From: Minisyncoccia bacterium | Lineage (GTDB): Bacteria > Patescibacteriota > Minisyncoccia > Phycocordibacterales > UBA5272 | Reading direction: 5' to 3' | DNA length: 64,000 bases | Assembly (NCBI GenBank): GCA_038256975.1 | Contig: JBBSJU010000002.1 | Coordinates: 65,064 to 129,063, forward strand | Shown: positions 7,893-16,444 of the stretch, in pieces | How the letters are laid out: every line of letters starts with the position of its first letter | Numbering within the stretch: the first letter of the stretch is position 1 | Notes under the pieces: model-generated | The model's database searches: none | Told to the model about the DNA's origin: nothing | The model's input: only the letters and a program-made list of their open reading frames with translations | Made by a program: the position numbers and the translations under genes

Positions 7893-8618
7893 ATGAAATA
7901 CTTTAATGTAACCCAAGAAGAAATCGACTTGAGAATGTTCAATATTTTTGTTGGAATAAGTCTTGGTAACAAATTGCTAACTCCTGAACTTTGTAAACAT
8001 TATGTAGAGTGGGCACACAGAAATACAAAAGATAATTGCGTTATATTAATAGCTGATAAAATAGATGCCGTTAACTGGCAAATTTTTAGAGGGCTTTCTA
8101 GAGAAGAGTCTTTGGAGAAAGTAAAAGATAAAGGGTATGGAATTTTAGGCATGTTTGAAAAAGCAAAGAGAACTCTCGCCAAAGAAAAAGAAGATGCGAG
8201 CTACATTTCCAGGGTACATATTATATTTTGGGAAGATATAGTTAATGAAGGCTATACGGAACTCAGAAAAATATTAAATGATGAATACGAAAATAATTTA
8301 GAATTCAAAGAAAGAGTATTGTATTTTGTGAATAAATACTGCGAACTGAGAGATGTTAGTATTCTGTCAGCCGAAGATAAAGATAAGTTGGCTGGCTATA
8401 TTATTGATGAGTTACCGACGCTAATTGGTGGAATATATTGGGATGAAAAGTTGTATAACATGATATTGTATCCAACATACGTAGACAGCGGGATGAGTGA
8501 ATTTGTTTTAGATATTCGTGGTGGGAAATATTTTCATGCAGATAAATTAAAATTAAGACAAATCTGTGTTCTTGTTGAAGACTATCTAGAAAAACCTAAA
8601 ACTATTGAAAAAGAATAG
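7893..8618 (+). CDS. tRNA-dependent cyclodipeptide synthase (CDPS)-like protein
   Basis: VGISLGN (catalytic Ser), VEWA, ILIAD, YIIDELP (YxxxExP), LYP (XYP type). Confidence 0.75.
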   Translation: MKYFNVTQEEIDLRMFNIFVGISLGNKLLTPELCKHYVEWAHRNTKDNCVILIADKIDAVNWQIFRGLSREESLEKVKDKGYGILGMFEKAKRTLAKEKEDASYISRVHIIFWEDIVNEGYTELRKILNDEYENNLEFKERVLYFVNKYCELRDVSILSAEDKDKLAGYIIDELPTLIGGIYWDEKLYNMILYPTYVDSGMSEFVLDIRGGKYFHADKLKLRQICVLVEDYLEKPKTIEKE

Positions 8619-8659
8619 ACGCACAATAAAGATTAGAGTGATGTAGTAAAATCAAAACG

Positions 8660-9277
8660 TTAATCTCCGTAGGTACTTCTCACGGCTTCTTTTCCTAATT
8701 GAGTATGTAAATTAATAAGAATTTTATGGTTTGATCCGTAGGACTTTTTTATTTTTGTATTCTGGTCTTCAAAATATTTTTCAGCTTCTTGTTTGGTTTT
8801 AAAAGTTGGTTTTAAAGCAGTCCCACCATTTAGAACGTGTGTTATTTTCGGCATACACTTATCGAGTGTTTTGATAAATTTTGCTTCTTCTGTATCGAGT
8901 GACTCATATTCTTGTATTGTGTTGTGAATCCAAGGGAATACTTCTTCAAATTCTGATGTAATTCTTAGGAGGGCTTCGTGTTCCACCTTGTCTTTCTTTT
9001 TCATTCCTTCATCTGAGATAGTAAGTGTTGGTGTATCACCAGCATATGCTTCGACTAGATCATGAATTAATGCGAACTGAGCAACTTTACCAAGGTCAAG
9101 ATGTGGGGCGTACGAACTTGCAATTGCGCAAGCACAGAGCCCTAACATAATGGTGTGGTCTGTGTCTGATTCAGGAGTTATTCCATCTTCGTGGAAAGTG
9201 ATCCGATTTGTTCTGGCAAAGAAGAGTGAAAGTTGTCCGAGTTCTACAACTTTCCCGGTCATTTTTTCTATATCCAT
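8660..9277 (-). CDS. HD-domain phosphohydrolase (YfbR/HDDC2-like)
   Basis: ESDTDHT, ALIHDLVEAYAGD, EAKFIKTLDK. Confidence 0.85.
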   Translation of the reverse strand: MDIEKMTGKVVELGQLSLFFARTNRITFHEDGITPESDTDHTIMLGLCACAIASSYAPHLDLGKVAQFALIHDLVEAYAGDTPTLTISDEGMKKKDKVEHEALLRITSEFEEVFPWIHNTIQEYESLDTEEAKFIKTLDKCMPKITHVLNGGTALKPTFKTKQEAEKYFEDQNTKIKKSYGSNHKILINLHTQLGKEAVRSTYGD

Positions 9278-9344
9278 CTATTTATACTACGGCATCTCTA
9301 AAAACTCGCAAGTTTCGTTTGCTATACTCTGTTATAATCTATAC

Positions 9345-9737
9345 ATGCCTTCACTTTGGTACGAAATGCTTGTAAAACCTTCCTGGACTCCATCTGGAGA
9401 AACAATTGGGCTTATCTGGACCATTCTTTATCCGATTATTATTTTCTGTTTTCTATGGGTTTGCATAAGGGCATTCAAAGGGCAAATACCAATGATGATA
9501 TTTTGGGTTTTTCTTGTAAATGCGATTGCAAACATTATCTTTACTCCAATTCAGTTTGGACTTCAAAACCTTCCTCTTGCAGCAGTCGATATTCTTGTAG
9601 TCTTAGGTACTATTATTGCCAGCATGGTTCTCATCTTTCCATATTCAAAATTAATTTTTGCACTGCAGATTCCATACTTGGTTTGGGTGTCTATTGCTAC
9701 TTTTTTACAACTCTCGATTACGTGGATGAATAGGTGA
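9345..9737 (+). CDS. tspO: TspO/MBR tryptophan-rich sensory protein
   Basis: WYEMLVKPSWTP, IWTILY, PYLVWVSIA; TATAAT just upstream of ATG 9345. Confidence 0.85.
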   Translation: MPSLWYEMLVKPSWTPSGETIGLIWTILYPIIIFCFLWVCIRAFKGQIPMMIFWVFLVNAIANIIFTPIQFGLQNLPLAAVDILVVLGTIIASMVLIFPYSKLIFALQIPYLVWVSIATFLQLSITWMNR

Positions 9738-9738
9738 T

Positions 9739-10107
9739 ATGAAAGACAAGGGTTTTGCAGAGTATGTTGTAGGGGATTTGTTCGGCTATCTCGATGATGT
9801 TTCTGCTCGAGCAATGTTTGGTGGTTATGGAATATACAGAGGCGGGGTAATGTTTGGACTCATTGCTGAAGGAGAGTTGTATTTTAAAGTAAGGGAGGGG
9901 GAAACTAAAAAATATGAGCCTTTTGGCAGTAAACCATTTCACTATAGTCGTAAAGATAAAGGAGCAATTACAATGTCATATTGGTGCATACCTGAAGAAG
10001 TTCAAGAAGATCCTCATTTGTTTCGTGAATTGGCTGAAGAATCCTATGAGTTTGCGCTTGAAAAAGCCGTCAAAAAGAGCTCAAAAAAGAAAGTGGTGCG
10101 GAAGTAG
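9739..10107 (+). CDS. TfoX/Sxy N-terminal domain protein
   Basis: ARAMFGGYGIY, FGLIAEGELYFKV, MSYWCIP. Confidence 0.85.
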   Translation: MKDKGFAEYVVGDLFGYLDDVSARAMFGGYGIYRGGVMFGLIAEGELYFKVREGETKKYEPFGSKPFHYSRKDKGAITMSYWCIPEEVQEDPHLFRELAEESYEFALEKAVKKSSKKKVVRK

Positions 10108-10142
10108 AAATAATCGGGAAAATGCGTATAATAGGGAAGTCT

Positions 10143-10229
10143 GGAGGATTGGATGAGTGGTTTAAATCAGCGGTTTACTAAACCGCCGACGGGTAAAACT
10201 GTCCGTGAGTTCGAATCTCACATCCTCCG
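10143..10229 (+). tRNA. tRNA-Ser with anticodon ACT
   Basis: GGAGGAT/ATCCTCC acceptor, G discriminator, long variable arm, anticodon arm GCGGT-TTACTAA-ACCGC. Confidence 0.85.
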
Positions 10230-10267
10230 CTCGTGTAAAAAAGCCCTAACAAGGGCATTTTTTATTG

Positions 10268-10403
10268 AGCGGAGGATAGAAAGTGCTTAATGCACTTTCG
10301 TGTGAGATTCGAAAAGCTTTCCGTTATTTGTGAGGAGCTTTACTCCGAACAAATCGGAAAGGTGTACTGCTCCTGTAAGGAGAGAAATTCTCACATCCTC
10401 CGC
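10268..10403 (+). repeat. tRNA-Ser 3'-end derived element 1 (inverted plus direct copy)
   Basis: gcggaggat...gtgagattcgaa is the reverse complement of the tRNA end, split by a hairpin; direct copy tctcacatcctccgc at 10389-10403. Confidence 0.8.
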
Positions 10404-10468
10404 ACTAAGAACTTAGTATCGGCATGACCCTAGTACCTAAATTCGTAGATTTAAGTTAAAATTAAGCA

Positions 10469-10858
10469 ATGGAAAACCGAAGTTCACAAATTTGGATAGT
10501 ACTCATCGTTATCGCAATTATTGCAGGTGGTGCTTATTGGCTTGGAAATTCTCAAAATACCAACGACCAAACTATTGATGTAAAAACAGACATCTCTATT
10601 AAATCTACGACTGCACAGGTCGGTACTTTTTATGATGGCAAAGATGGTTACTCGCTTTCTATTCCAAGCGGAAATTCTTCAACATGTGTCTGGACGTATA
10701 CTGGAGGAAACGCAGCTATTCCATATTCAGAAACAACATATGCAAGAAGTGCGACTGAAAAACACACTATCTACTCTTATGATTACTACGATTGGAAAGT
10801 TTCTTGTGTAGACGATTTTGGAAATCAGTACACAGGTATATTCCCAAAGATCGAATAA
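10469..10858 (+). CDS. membrane-anchored exported hypothetical protein
   Basis: N-terminal TM helix then a Thr/Ser/Tyr-rich domain with two Cys. Confidence 0.75.
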   Translation: MENRSSQIWIVLIVIAIIAGGAYWLGNSQNTNDQTIDVKTDISIKSTTAQVGTFYDGKDGYSLSIPSGNSSTCVWTYTGGNAAIPYSETTYARSATEKHTIYSYDYYDWKVSCVDDFGNQYTGIFPKIE

Positions 10859-10866
10859 ATTATTTT

Positions 10867-11484
10867 ATGGAAAATAATACAGATGAAATAATCAATTTAA
10901 GCATTGAACAGTTTCAAGAATTTCACGAGAAATTAGGCTCAGAGAATTTCCAGCTCCAGTCTCGAATATTTGAAGATTACGGAAAAAAGAAATTGGATAT
11001 CTATTTTAAATCTATTGGGTTTACCACTGTCGTTATTGGTACAGCAGGACTTATTGCAGGATTCGGATTTACAGCAATCAGTCAAATTCAAAGCGAACTT
11101 CTCTTTTTTGTAGGAGAGGCCCTACTACTGAGTTCTATTTTCTATGGTCTATTCTGGATTCAAAACATATACCAAGGTGAATTTAGATCAATTGAGGAAG
11201 AAATAAAAAGACTCAGGGAGTTTTATGACAAAAGAAATGAAAAGTATATGGTTCTTTACAACGAGTGGATGTCGAAGAAAAGCATCACTAAAAACAATCT
11301 TAAGCAGCTTCAAGAGTTTGAAAACAAATCAATTGATTTGTTTAAGACTCCAACACAGGTTTCTGTTCCAGTCATTTACTCTCCCGTCATGTACGGTCTG
11401 ATGACGTTCGGTGCCGCGGCTCTCTTAGGTTCGTTCTTTATCTACAGTCTGTTATTCAACATTTGTCATCTCTTCTTTCTTTAA
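10867..11484 (+). CDS. hypothetical membrane protein (2TM + coiled segment + TM)
   Basis: Likely start MENNTDE at 10867; hydrophobic segments. Confidence 0.7.
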   Translation: MENNTDEIINLSIEQFQEFHEKLGSENFQLQSRIFEDYGKKKLDIYFKSIGFTTVVIGTAGLIAGFGFTAISQIQSELLFFVGEALLLSSIFYGLFWIQNIYQGEFRSIEEEIKRLREFYDKRNEKYMVLYNEWMSKKSITKNNLKQLQEFENKSIDLFKTPTQVSVPVIYSPVMYGLMTFGAAALLGSFFIYSLLFNICHLFFL

Positions 11485-11646
11485 AGAAAGATATCCCGAC
11501 TCACATGCCTCAGCAAGACACTCCAAAAAGCGCTAGAATATCTTTATAAGGCTTGAGAGCGTGGGTACTGAACTCACATGGCCCGCCAAACCAAAATTCC
11601 ACACTTTCTTTAGGTGTGGAATTTTGTGTTTCAAGCGGTATGACGG

Positions 11647-11766
11647 CGAGATTCGAAAGCCGGACTGAAGCCACTATATGAGTAAAGCGAATTGTGGCGA
11701 AGGAGGCGGGGTCGCGCAAAATTTGTGAAGCAAATTTATGTGTGACCGAATCTCACATCCTCCGCT
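11647..11766 (+). repeat. tRNA-Ser 3'-end derived element 2 / attR-like repeat
   Basis: gagattcgaa...cgaatctc inverted ends; cgaatctcacatcctccgct at 11747-11766 is identical to the tRNA 3' end. Confidence 0.8.
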
Positions 11767-11794
11767 CTAAGATAAGCAAAAAGCAGGTATCTGT

Positions 11795-12382
11795 TTAAGA
11801 AAGGGGTGCAAACAACTGCTTTAATTCTGTATATTTTGCAGGATCTAGTAGTGCCTCATAGAGATTTGGAATAATTTCTTTTTCCATAAACCTTCCATCT
11901 CTACCAATTTGAAGCATCTCGTCAAAACTAACGGGTTTTAGTTCAATCTTTTCTCCGCCATCGAGTGCTTGATCTGCAACTTTTCTGCAACCTTTTGCGA
12001 TAAAGAAGTAAACAACCCAATCAATCTTTGATGTAGGATGAGCTGCCTTCCAAAGTATGTATTCTTTTGCTTCGTATCCAGTTTCTTCGAGAAACTCACG
12101 TTTTGCAGCTTCCAAGATGTCTTCATTTTCTTCTACACGACCTCCACAAGCCCCAATGAAAGGTTTCTTTCCTGGTTGCTCTTGCTCAGTTAATAATATT
12201 TTTCCGTCATCAAGTACTGGAAACACGACTACCGTATCTGGTCGCTTGAGTTTTTCAAATATTTTTGTTGTTCCATCGTACATTAACTGTTGCCATTGGT
12301 AGACATCAAAGATTTTTCCTTTGTAGATACATTCTGCATGACCTGGAATCGGTTGGTTTGAGATTGGGCGTTGGATAGTCAT
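11795..12382 (-). CDS. Nudix hydrolase (ADP-ribose pyrophosphatase-like)
   Basis: GGRVEENEDILEAAKREFLEETGY Nudix box. Confidence 0.9.
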   Translation of the reverse strand: MTIQRPISNQPIPGHAECIYKGKIFDVYQWQQLMYDGTTKIFEKLKRPDTVVVFPVLDDGKILLTEQEQPGKKPFIGACGGRVEENEDILEAAKREFLEETGYEAKEYILWKAAHPTSKIDWVVYFFIAKGCRKVADQALDGGEKIELKPVSFDEMLQIGRDGRFMEKEIIPNLYEALLDPAKYTELKQLFAPLS

Positions 12383-12424
12383 ACTACTTAATTTAATTAT
12401 CTTAGTTATGTTTGTGCTAGCTAA

Positions 12425-13123
12425 TTAAGAACTTTTCTCTATCTCCTCAATTGACTTATTCCTGTGAATTATTTCATCGTTGCGAACTGAAAGGAAAAAT
12501 TCATACTGATTTTTTGGTTCACGTCCGTACCACTTCAAAAAGTCACTATGGATAGATTTGTTTTTAAGTTCATCGCCTCGTTTTTCTAAAAAGCGACTGT
12601 ATTGCTCAAAAGCATGACTTTCGAATAAGAAGTTAAGTTCATACGAGTACCGAGGGTTAATAACGTATAAAAAATATGACGCCCAAAAGTAAAAGAAGGC
12701 AAAAAGCATTGGGATAAGGGTGTGACGGATTATTCCTGCACATTCTTCTTTCTCTGCAAGCTTGGAAATGACGACCACGTGCATCGTCTCGTTATCCTGG
12801 GCTATTTGAGCAAATTGAGCCACATCTGATAGCTGGAGCGCCTTTTTCTCATGAGAGTAAAAAAGGGTTAAAAGAGTGTAAACAGACGAAGCCCAAGAAT
12901 GATAGGGCACACGAGCAATTACTTCAACCGAGCGAAACTTTAAATATGATGGTTCTTTTCCGTACACAAAATTTCCACACCACACAAGAAATTTTCCGAG
13001 TAAGAGCGGTAGCAGACTTGGTTGGTAAGAGTCGTAACTTGTTTTGTATTCTTTGAGGAAAGAATCATCATTAAGTTTTTGGTTGAGCACTTCAAGCTCT
13101 TCGTTGTTTCGCTGTAATTCCAT
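12425..13123 (-). CDS. alternative oxidase/PTOX-like di-iron protein
   Basis: EVIARVPY, NETMH, FESHAFEQY, VRNDEIIH di-iron carboxylate motifs. Confidence 0.75.
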   Translation of the reverse strand: MELQRNNEELEVLNQKLNDDSFLKEYKTSYDSYQPSLLPLLLGKFLVWCGNFVYGKEPSYLKFRSVEVIARVPYHSWASSVYTLLTLFYSHEKKALQLSDVAQFAQIAQDNETMHVVVISKLAEKEECAGIIRHTLIPMLFAFFYFWASYFLYVINPRYSYELNFLFESHAFEQYSRFLEKRGDELKNKSIHSDFLKWYGREPKNQYEFFLSVRNDEIIHRNKSIEEIEKSS

Positions 13124-13134
13124 ACAAGAATATT

Positions 13135-13635
13135 TTATTGTAAAACGCCTTCATGCTTGAGGAGCCACTCCTTTTTATCAAGACCACCAGAGTAGCCAGC
13201 AAGAGATCCGTCACTTGCAAATACTCGATGACAGGGAACAATGAGGCATACTGGATTTGTGCCGATAGCAGTACCAACGCTTCGCACAGCCTTTTCATTT
13301 CCTGTACGCTTTGCAATGTCTTTATATCGCGCCACCTGACCTACTTTTATTTTTCCCACAGCATTCCACACTGCAATTTGACCTTTTGTGCCCGTGACAG
13401 CAACGGGAATATTTTGAAGTGAATGTTTAGCATCTTTGAAATACTTTTTGAAATCAGTGTCGTACGAACCTTTGGTAACCTGCTTTACTCGATACGTATC
13501 GAGGTGTTTTTCAAGATATTTTTCTACAAGTGTTGCCTGGGTGTCAAAAAATACACCAATTACCTTTTTGTCCTCTCCGTAGAGATAGGTGAGTGGCCCA
13601 ATGGGAGTTGAGATCGTTGATGAAAAAAGTGTCAT
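13135..13635 (-). CDS. ogt: methylated-DNA--protein-cysteine methyltransferase
   Basis: AVRSVGTAIGTNP, VPCHRV, GYSGG..KKEWLLKHE. Confidence 0.92.
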   Translation of the reverse strand: MTLFSSTISTPIGPLTYLYGEDKKVIGVFFDTQATLVEKYLEKHLDTYRVKQVTKGSYDTDFKKYFKDAKHSLQNIPVAVTGTKGQIAVWNAVGKIKVGQVARYKDIAKRTGNEKAVRSVGTAIGTNPVCLIVPCHRVFASDGSLAGYSGGLDKKEWLLKHEGVLQ

Positions 13636-13657
13636 ATTTGTATTGTAGCAAGAGTCT

Positions 13658-15406
13658 TTACATTGTCACCACTTGGCGAGAAATGAGTCGTTTGTACGGC
13701 TCGCATTCTTTTGCAAGTTCTTCGTGTGTACCAATACCTGCAATTTGCCCATGGTCCATAACGATTATTTGGTCTGCATCTCGTACTGTAGAAAGGCGGT
13801 GGGCGATAATGATACCGGTGCGACCCTTGAGGGCATCTTTCATTGCGTCATGGATTAGAGCTTCATTTTCAGCATCGAGGCTACTTGTCGCTTCGTCGAA
13901 GATAAGGATTGAAGGGTTTTTAATTAAGGCACGTGCAATACCAACACGTTGGCGTTCGCCACCAGAGAGCTTCACACCTTTTTCACCGATGATAGTGTCG
14001 TAACCGTGTTCAAGACGATCAAAGAATTGGTCAATGCGAGAAAGTTTCGCGACACGGTCTAAATCTTTTTCCGCTTCAGCCTTCTTTTCCTCTGCGACAC
14101 CGAAAAGAATATTATATTTAAGAGTTTTGTCGAAGAGTTCCACATGTTGTTCTACATAACCAATACTTCTTCGATACTCTTCGAGATTGATGTCTCGTAA
14201 GTCTGTGTCATCAATGGTAATAGAGCCGGACGTTGGGTCAAACGCTCGCAAGAGAAGCTGAATGATGGTTGTTTTTCCAGCGCCAGAGTGCCCAACAAGG
14301 GCATAGGTTTTGCCTGATTCGAATGACAGACCTAAATTCTCTAAAGCTTTTTGTTTTTCAACTCCAGGATAGATAAAGTTAATTTTATTTAGATGAATGT
14401 TCTTAAAGTTAGGATTATAGGGAATAACTCCTGATTTTTCTTCAAAGAGAGGTTTCTCATTGAGTAATCCAAACAACGCAGCAATCTGTGATGTCTGAAG
14501 TAGTATTCGTCTAAAGTATCCATTTACTTCACCGAGGCGGTTGAATACCATGTTGCCCCAGAAAATGATAGGAATGAGTGAGCCCGGAGTCAGAGCTTTT
14601 TGATATACCAAATACAACGCAAGACAAAGGATCCCAACTTTCGCTATGGCTCCAAATAAATCACGTCCGTGCATGACTTGTACATTTTTTATCCATATTC
14701 GCTCACTTTCACGCGCTAGTATTTCCCAGGTGGTCAGCAGATCATTTGAGGTCTGCTTCTCAGTACCGCTCATTTTAATGAGTGTGGCGTAGCGTAAAAA
14801 CTCAGAGTGGTTTTTATTTATTACATCCCACTCGTCATTGTTTTTAGAAACTTTTTTATAAAAACGCGGTGTCCATAAACCAATGAGAGTAAAGGGGACA
14901 CAAATCGTAATGGTGATAAACCATCCCAACAAAGGGTCTATAAAGAAAAACATTCCAATCGCAATAAAGATGAAAAGAAGCGTCGGAATGAGCTCAGAAA
15001 AAAGCATATAAATAGTGTTTTCAAGTGCTGACTCTCCTTTTTGAATAACTGTTTGCTTTAGTCCAGAATGTTTAAGAAGCGTTTGTCCAGCGGGCATATT
15101 ACTCAAGAGCTCGTAGGTTTTTTCTCGAACAGTATGAGGGACTATGTATTCAATTTTCTTAACCTCATATGTTGTTTTGGCATAGGAAAGTAGAATACGC
15201 CCTATTTCTACAGTAAGGAGGAGCCAGACAAGATTGAAAAGTGTGTCGGTGGTTGTTTGGGTAATTAATCCGTCTACCAACTTACCACTTATATATGGAA
15301 AAGCGATACTTGAAAGCTGTATAAGTAAGGTAAGTAAAAAAAGAAAAGAGAGCTCTTTTTTAAATAGTTTTATATAGATTGAGGTTGTTGAGAGAAAATT
15401 TTTCAT
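13658..15406 (-). CDS. ABC exporter, fused permease/ATPase (MsbA/Sav1866-type)
   Basis: TM N-terminal half; GHSGAGKT, LSGGERQR, IFDEATS, IAHRLST. Confidence 0.9.
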   Translation of the reverse strand: MKNFLSTTSIYIKLFKKELSFLFLLTLLIQLSSIAFPYISGKLVDGLITQTTTDTLFNLVWLLLTVEIGRILLSYAKTTYEVKKIEYIVPHTVREKTYELLSNMPAGQTLLKHSGLKQTVIQKGESALENTIYMLFSELIPTLLFIFIAIGMFFFIDPLLGWFITITICVPFTLIGLWTPRFYKKVSKNNDEWDVINKNHSEFLRYATLIKMSGTEKQTSNDLLTTWEILARESERIWIKNVQVMHGRDLFGAIAKVGILCLALYLVYQKALTPGSLIPIIFWGNMVFNRLGEVNGYFRRILLQTSQIAALFGLLNEKPLFEEKSGVIPYNPNFKNIHLNKINFIYPGVEKQKALENLGLSFESGKTYALVGHSGAGKTTIIQLLLRAFDPTSGSITIDDTDLRDINLEEYRRSIGYVEQHVELFDKTLKYNILFGVAEEKKAEAEKDLDRVAKLSRIDQFFDRLEHGYDTIIGEKGVKLSGGERQRVGIARALIKNPSILIFDEATSSLDAENEALIHDAMKDALKGRTGIIIAHRLSTVRDADQIIVMDHGQIAGIGTHEELAKECEPYKRLISRQVVTM

Positions 15407-15469
15407 AGTAAATAATAATAAAGAGACACCGCCCCTTATGTGTTAATCCCATAATTGTAACAAAAAGGT

Positions 15470-16393
15470 CTAGCTTGCGTGGAGGGCGAGATAAATGTCT
15501 TCAAGGGCGCGTACTCCATCGCCGGCGGCGATATTGTTTTGGTGATAAAGAACGTCGGTGCAGTCACCAGCGGCCCAGATGCCTAGTACAGAAGTTTTCT
15601 GTGTTCGGGGATCAATTTTAATTTGTCCACCATCTGTCATGTCCACGAGTCCTTTCACAAGGTCTGTTGCGGGAATCTGTCCAATCTCCACGAAAACACC
15701 TCCACAGTCAATGCGATGCACTTCATTCGTAACTGCATCTTTGTATGAAATACCAGTTACAAATTTCTCACCATGAACCTCTGTTGGAATTGCATTTTTA
15801 ATAATCTTAAGATTAGGGTGTGCTGAAAGTTTTTTTACTGTAATTTCATCAGCTCGAAATGTCTCACTTCGGTTGAGTAGGGTAACGCTTTTGCAGTACG
15901 CAAGAAGTTGAGCGGCAGATTCAAAGCCTGCATTTCCACCACCTACTACAACTACGTCCATTCCTGAGAAAAGGGGACCATCACACGAAGCACAATACAC
16001 AACACCTTTGTGTTCGAACGTGTCACTTCCTGGAATACCAAGCTTGCGACGCGCACTTCCTGTAGAAATGAGAATTGTTTTTGACTCCAGCACCTCACCT
16101 GATTCAAGGCTTACTGAAAATCCAGTATCATTTTTTTCTACTTTCGAAACATAAAAGCCTTCTTTAAAAGTCAGGAATTCTCCCTTGTATTCATAAGCAT
16201 GTTTCTTGAAGCTCTCAGCAAGTTCATTACCTCCTATGTGTGGGGTACCAATCCAATTTTGAATGTCAGAGGAAACAGTAGACTGTCCACCCCATTCTTT
16301 GATAACCATACATGTTCTAAGTTGTTTGCGAGCGGCATATACTGCTGCTGCAGTTCCTGCTGGGCCTCCACCAATGATAATAAGATCAAACAT
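15470..16393 (-). CDS. trxB: thioredoxin reductase / AhpF C-terminal-like flavoprotein
   Basis: GGGPAG, CASCDG, GGGNAG, WAAGD. Confidence 0.85.
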   Translation of the reverse strand: MFDLIIIGGGPAGTAAAVYAARKQLRTCMVIKEWGGQSTVSSDIQNWIGTPHIGGNELAESFKKHAYEYKGEFLTFKEGFYVSKVEKNDTGFSVSLESGEVLESKTILISTGSARRKLGIPGSDTFEHKGVVYCASCDGPLFSGMDVVVVGGGNAGFESAAQLLAYCKSVTLLNRSETFRADEITVKKLSAHPNLKIIKNAIPTEVHGEKFVTGISYKDAVTNEVHRIDCGGVFVEIGQIPATDLVKGLVDMTDGGQIKIDPRTQKTSVLGIWAAGDCTDVLYHQNNIAAGDGVRALEDIYLALHAS

Positions 16394-16444
16394 AATGGTT
16401 TGTGATTAGATCTGTTGTTAATAGGGTAATAATACCAAAAGAAA

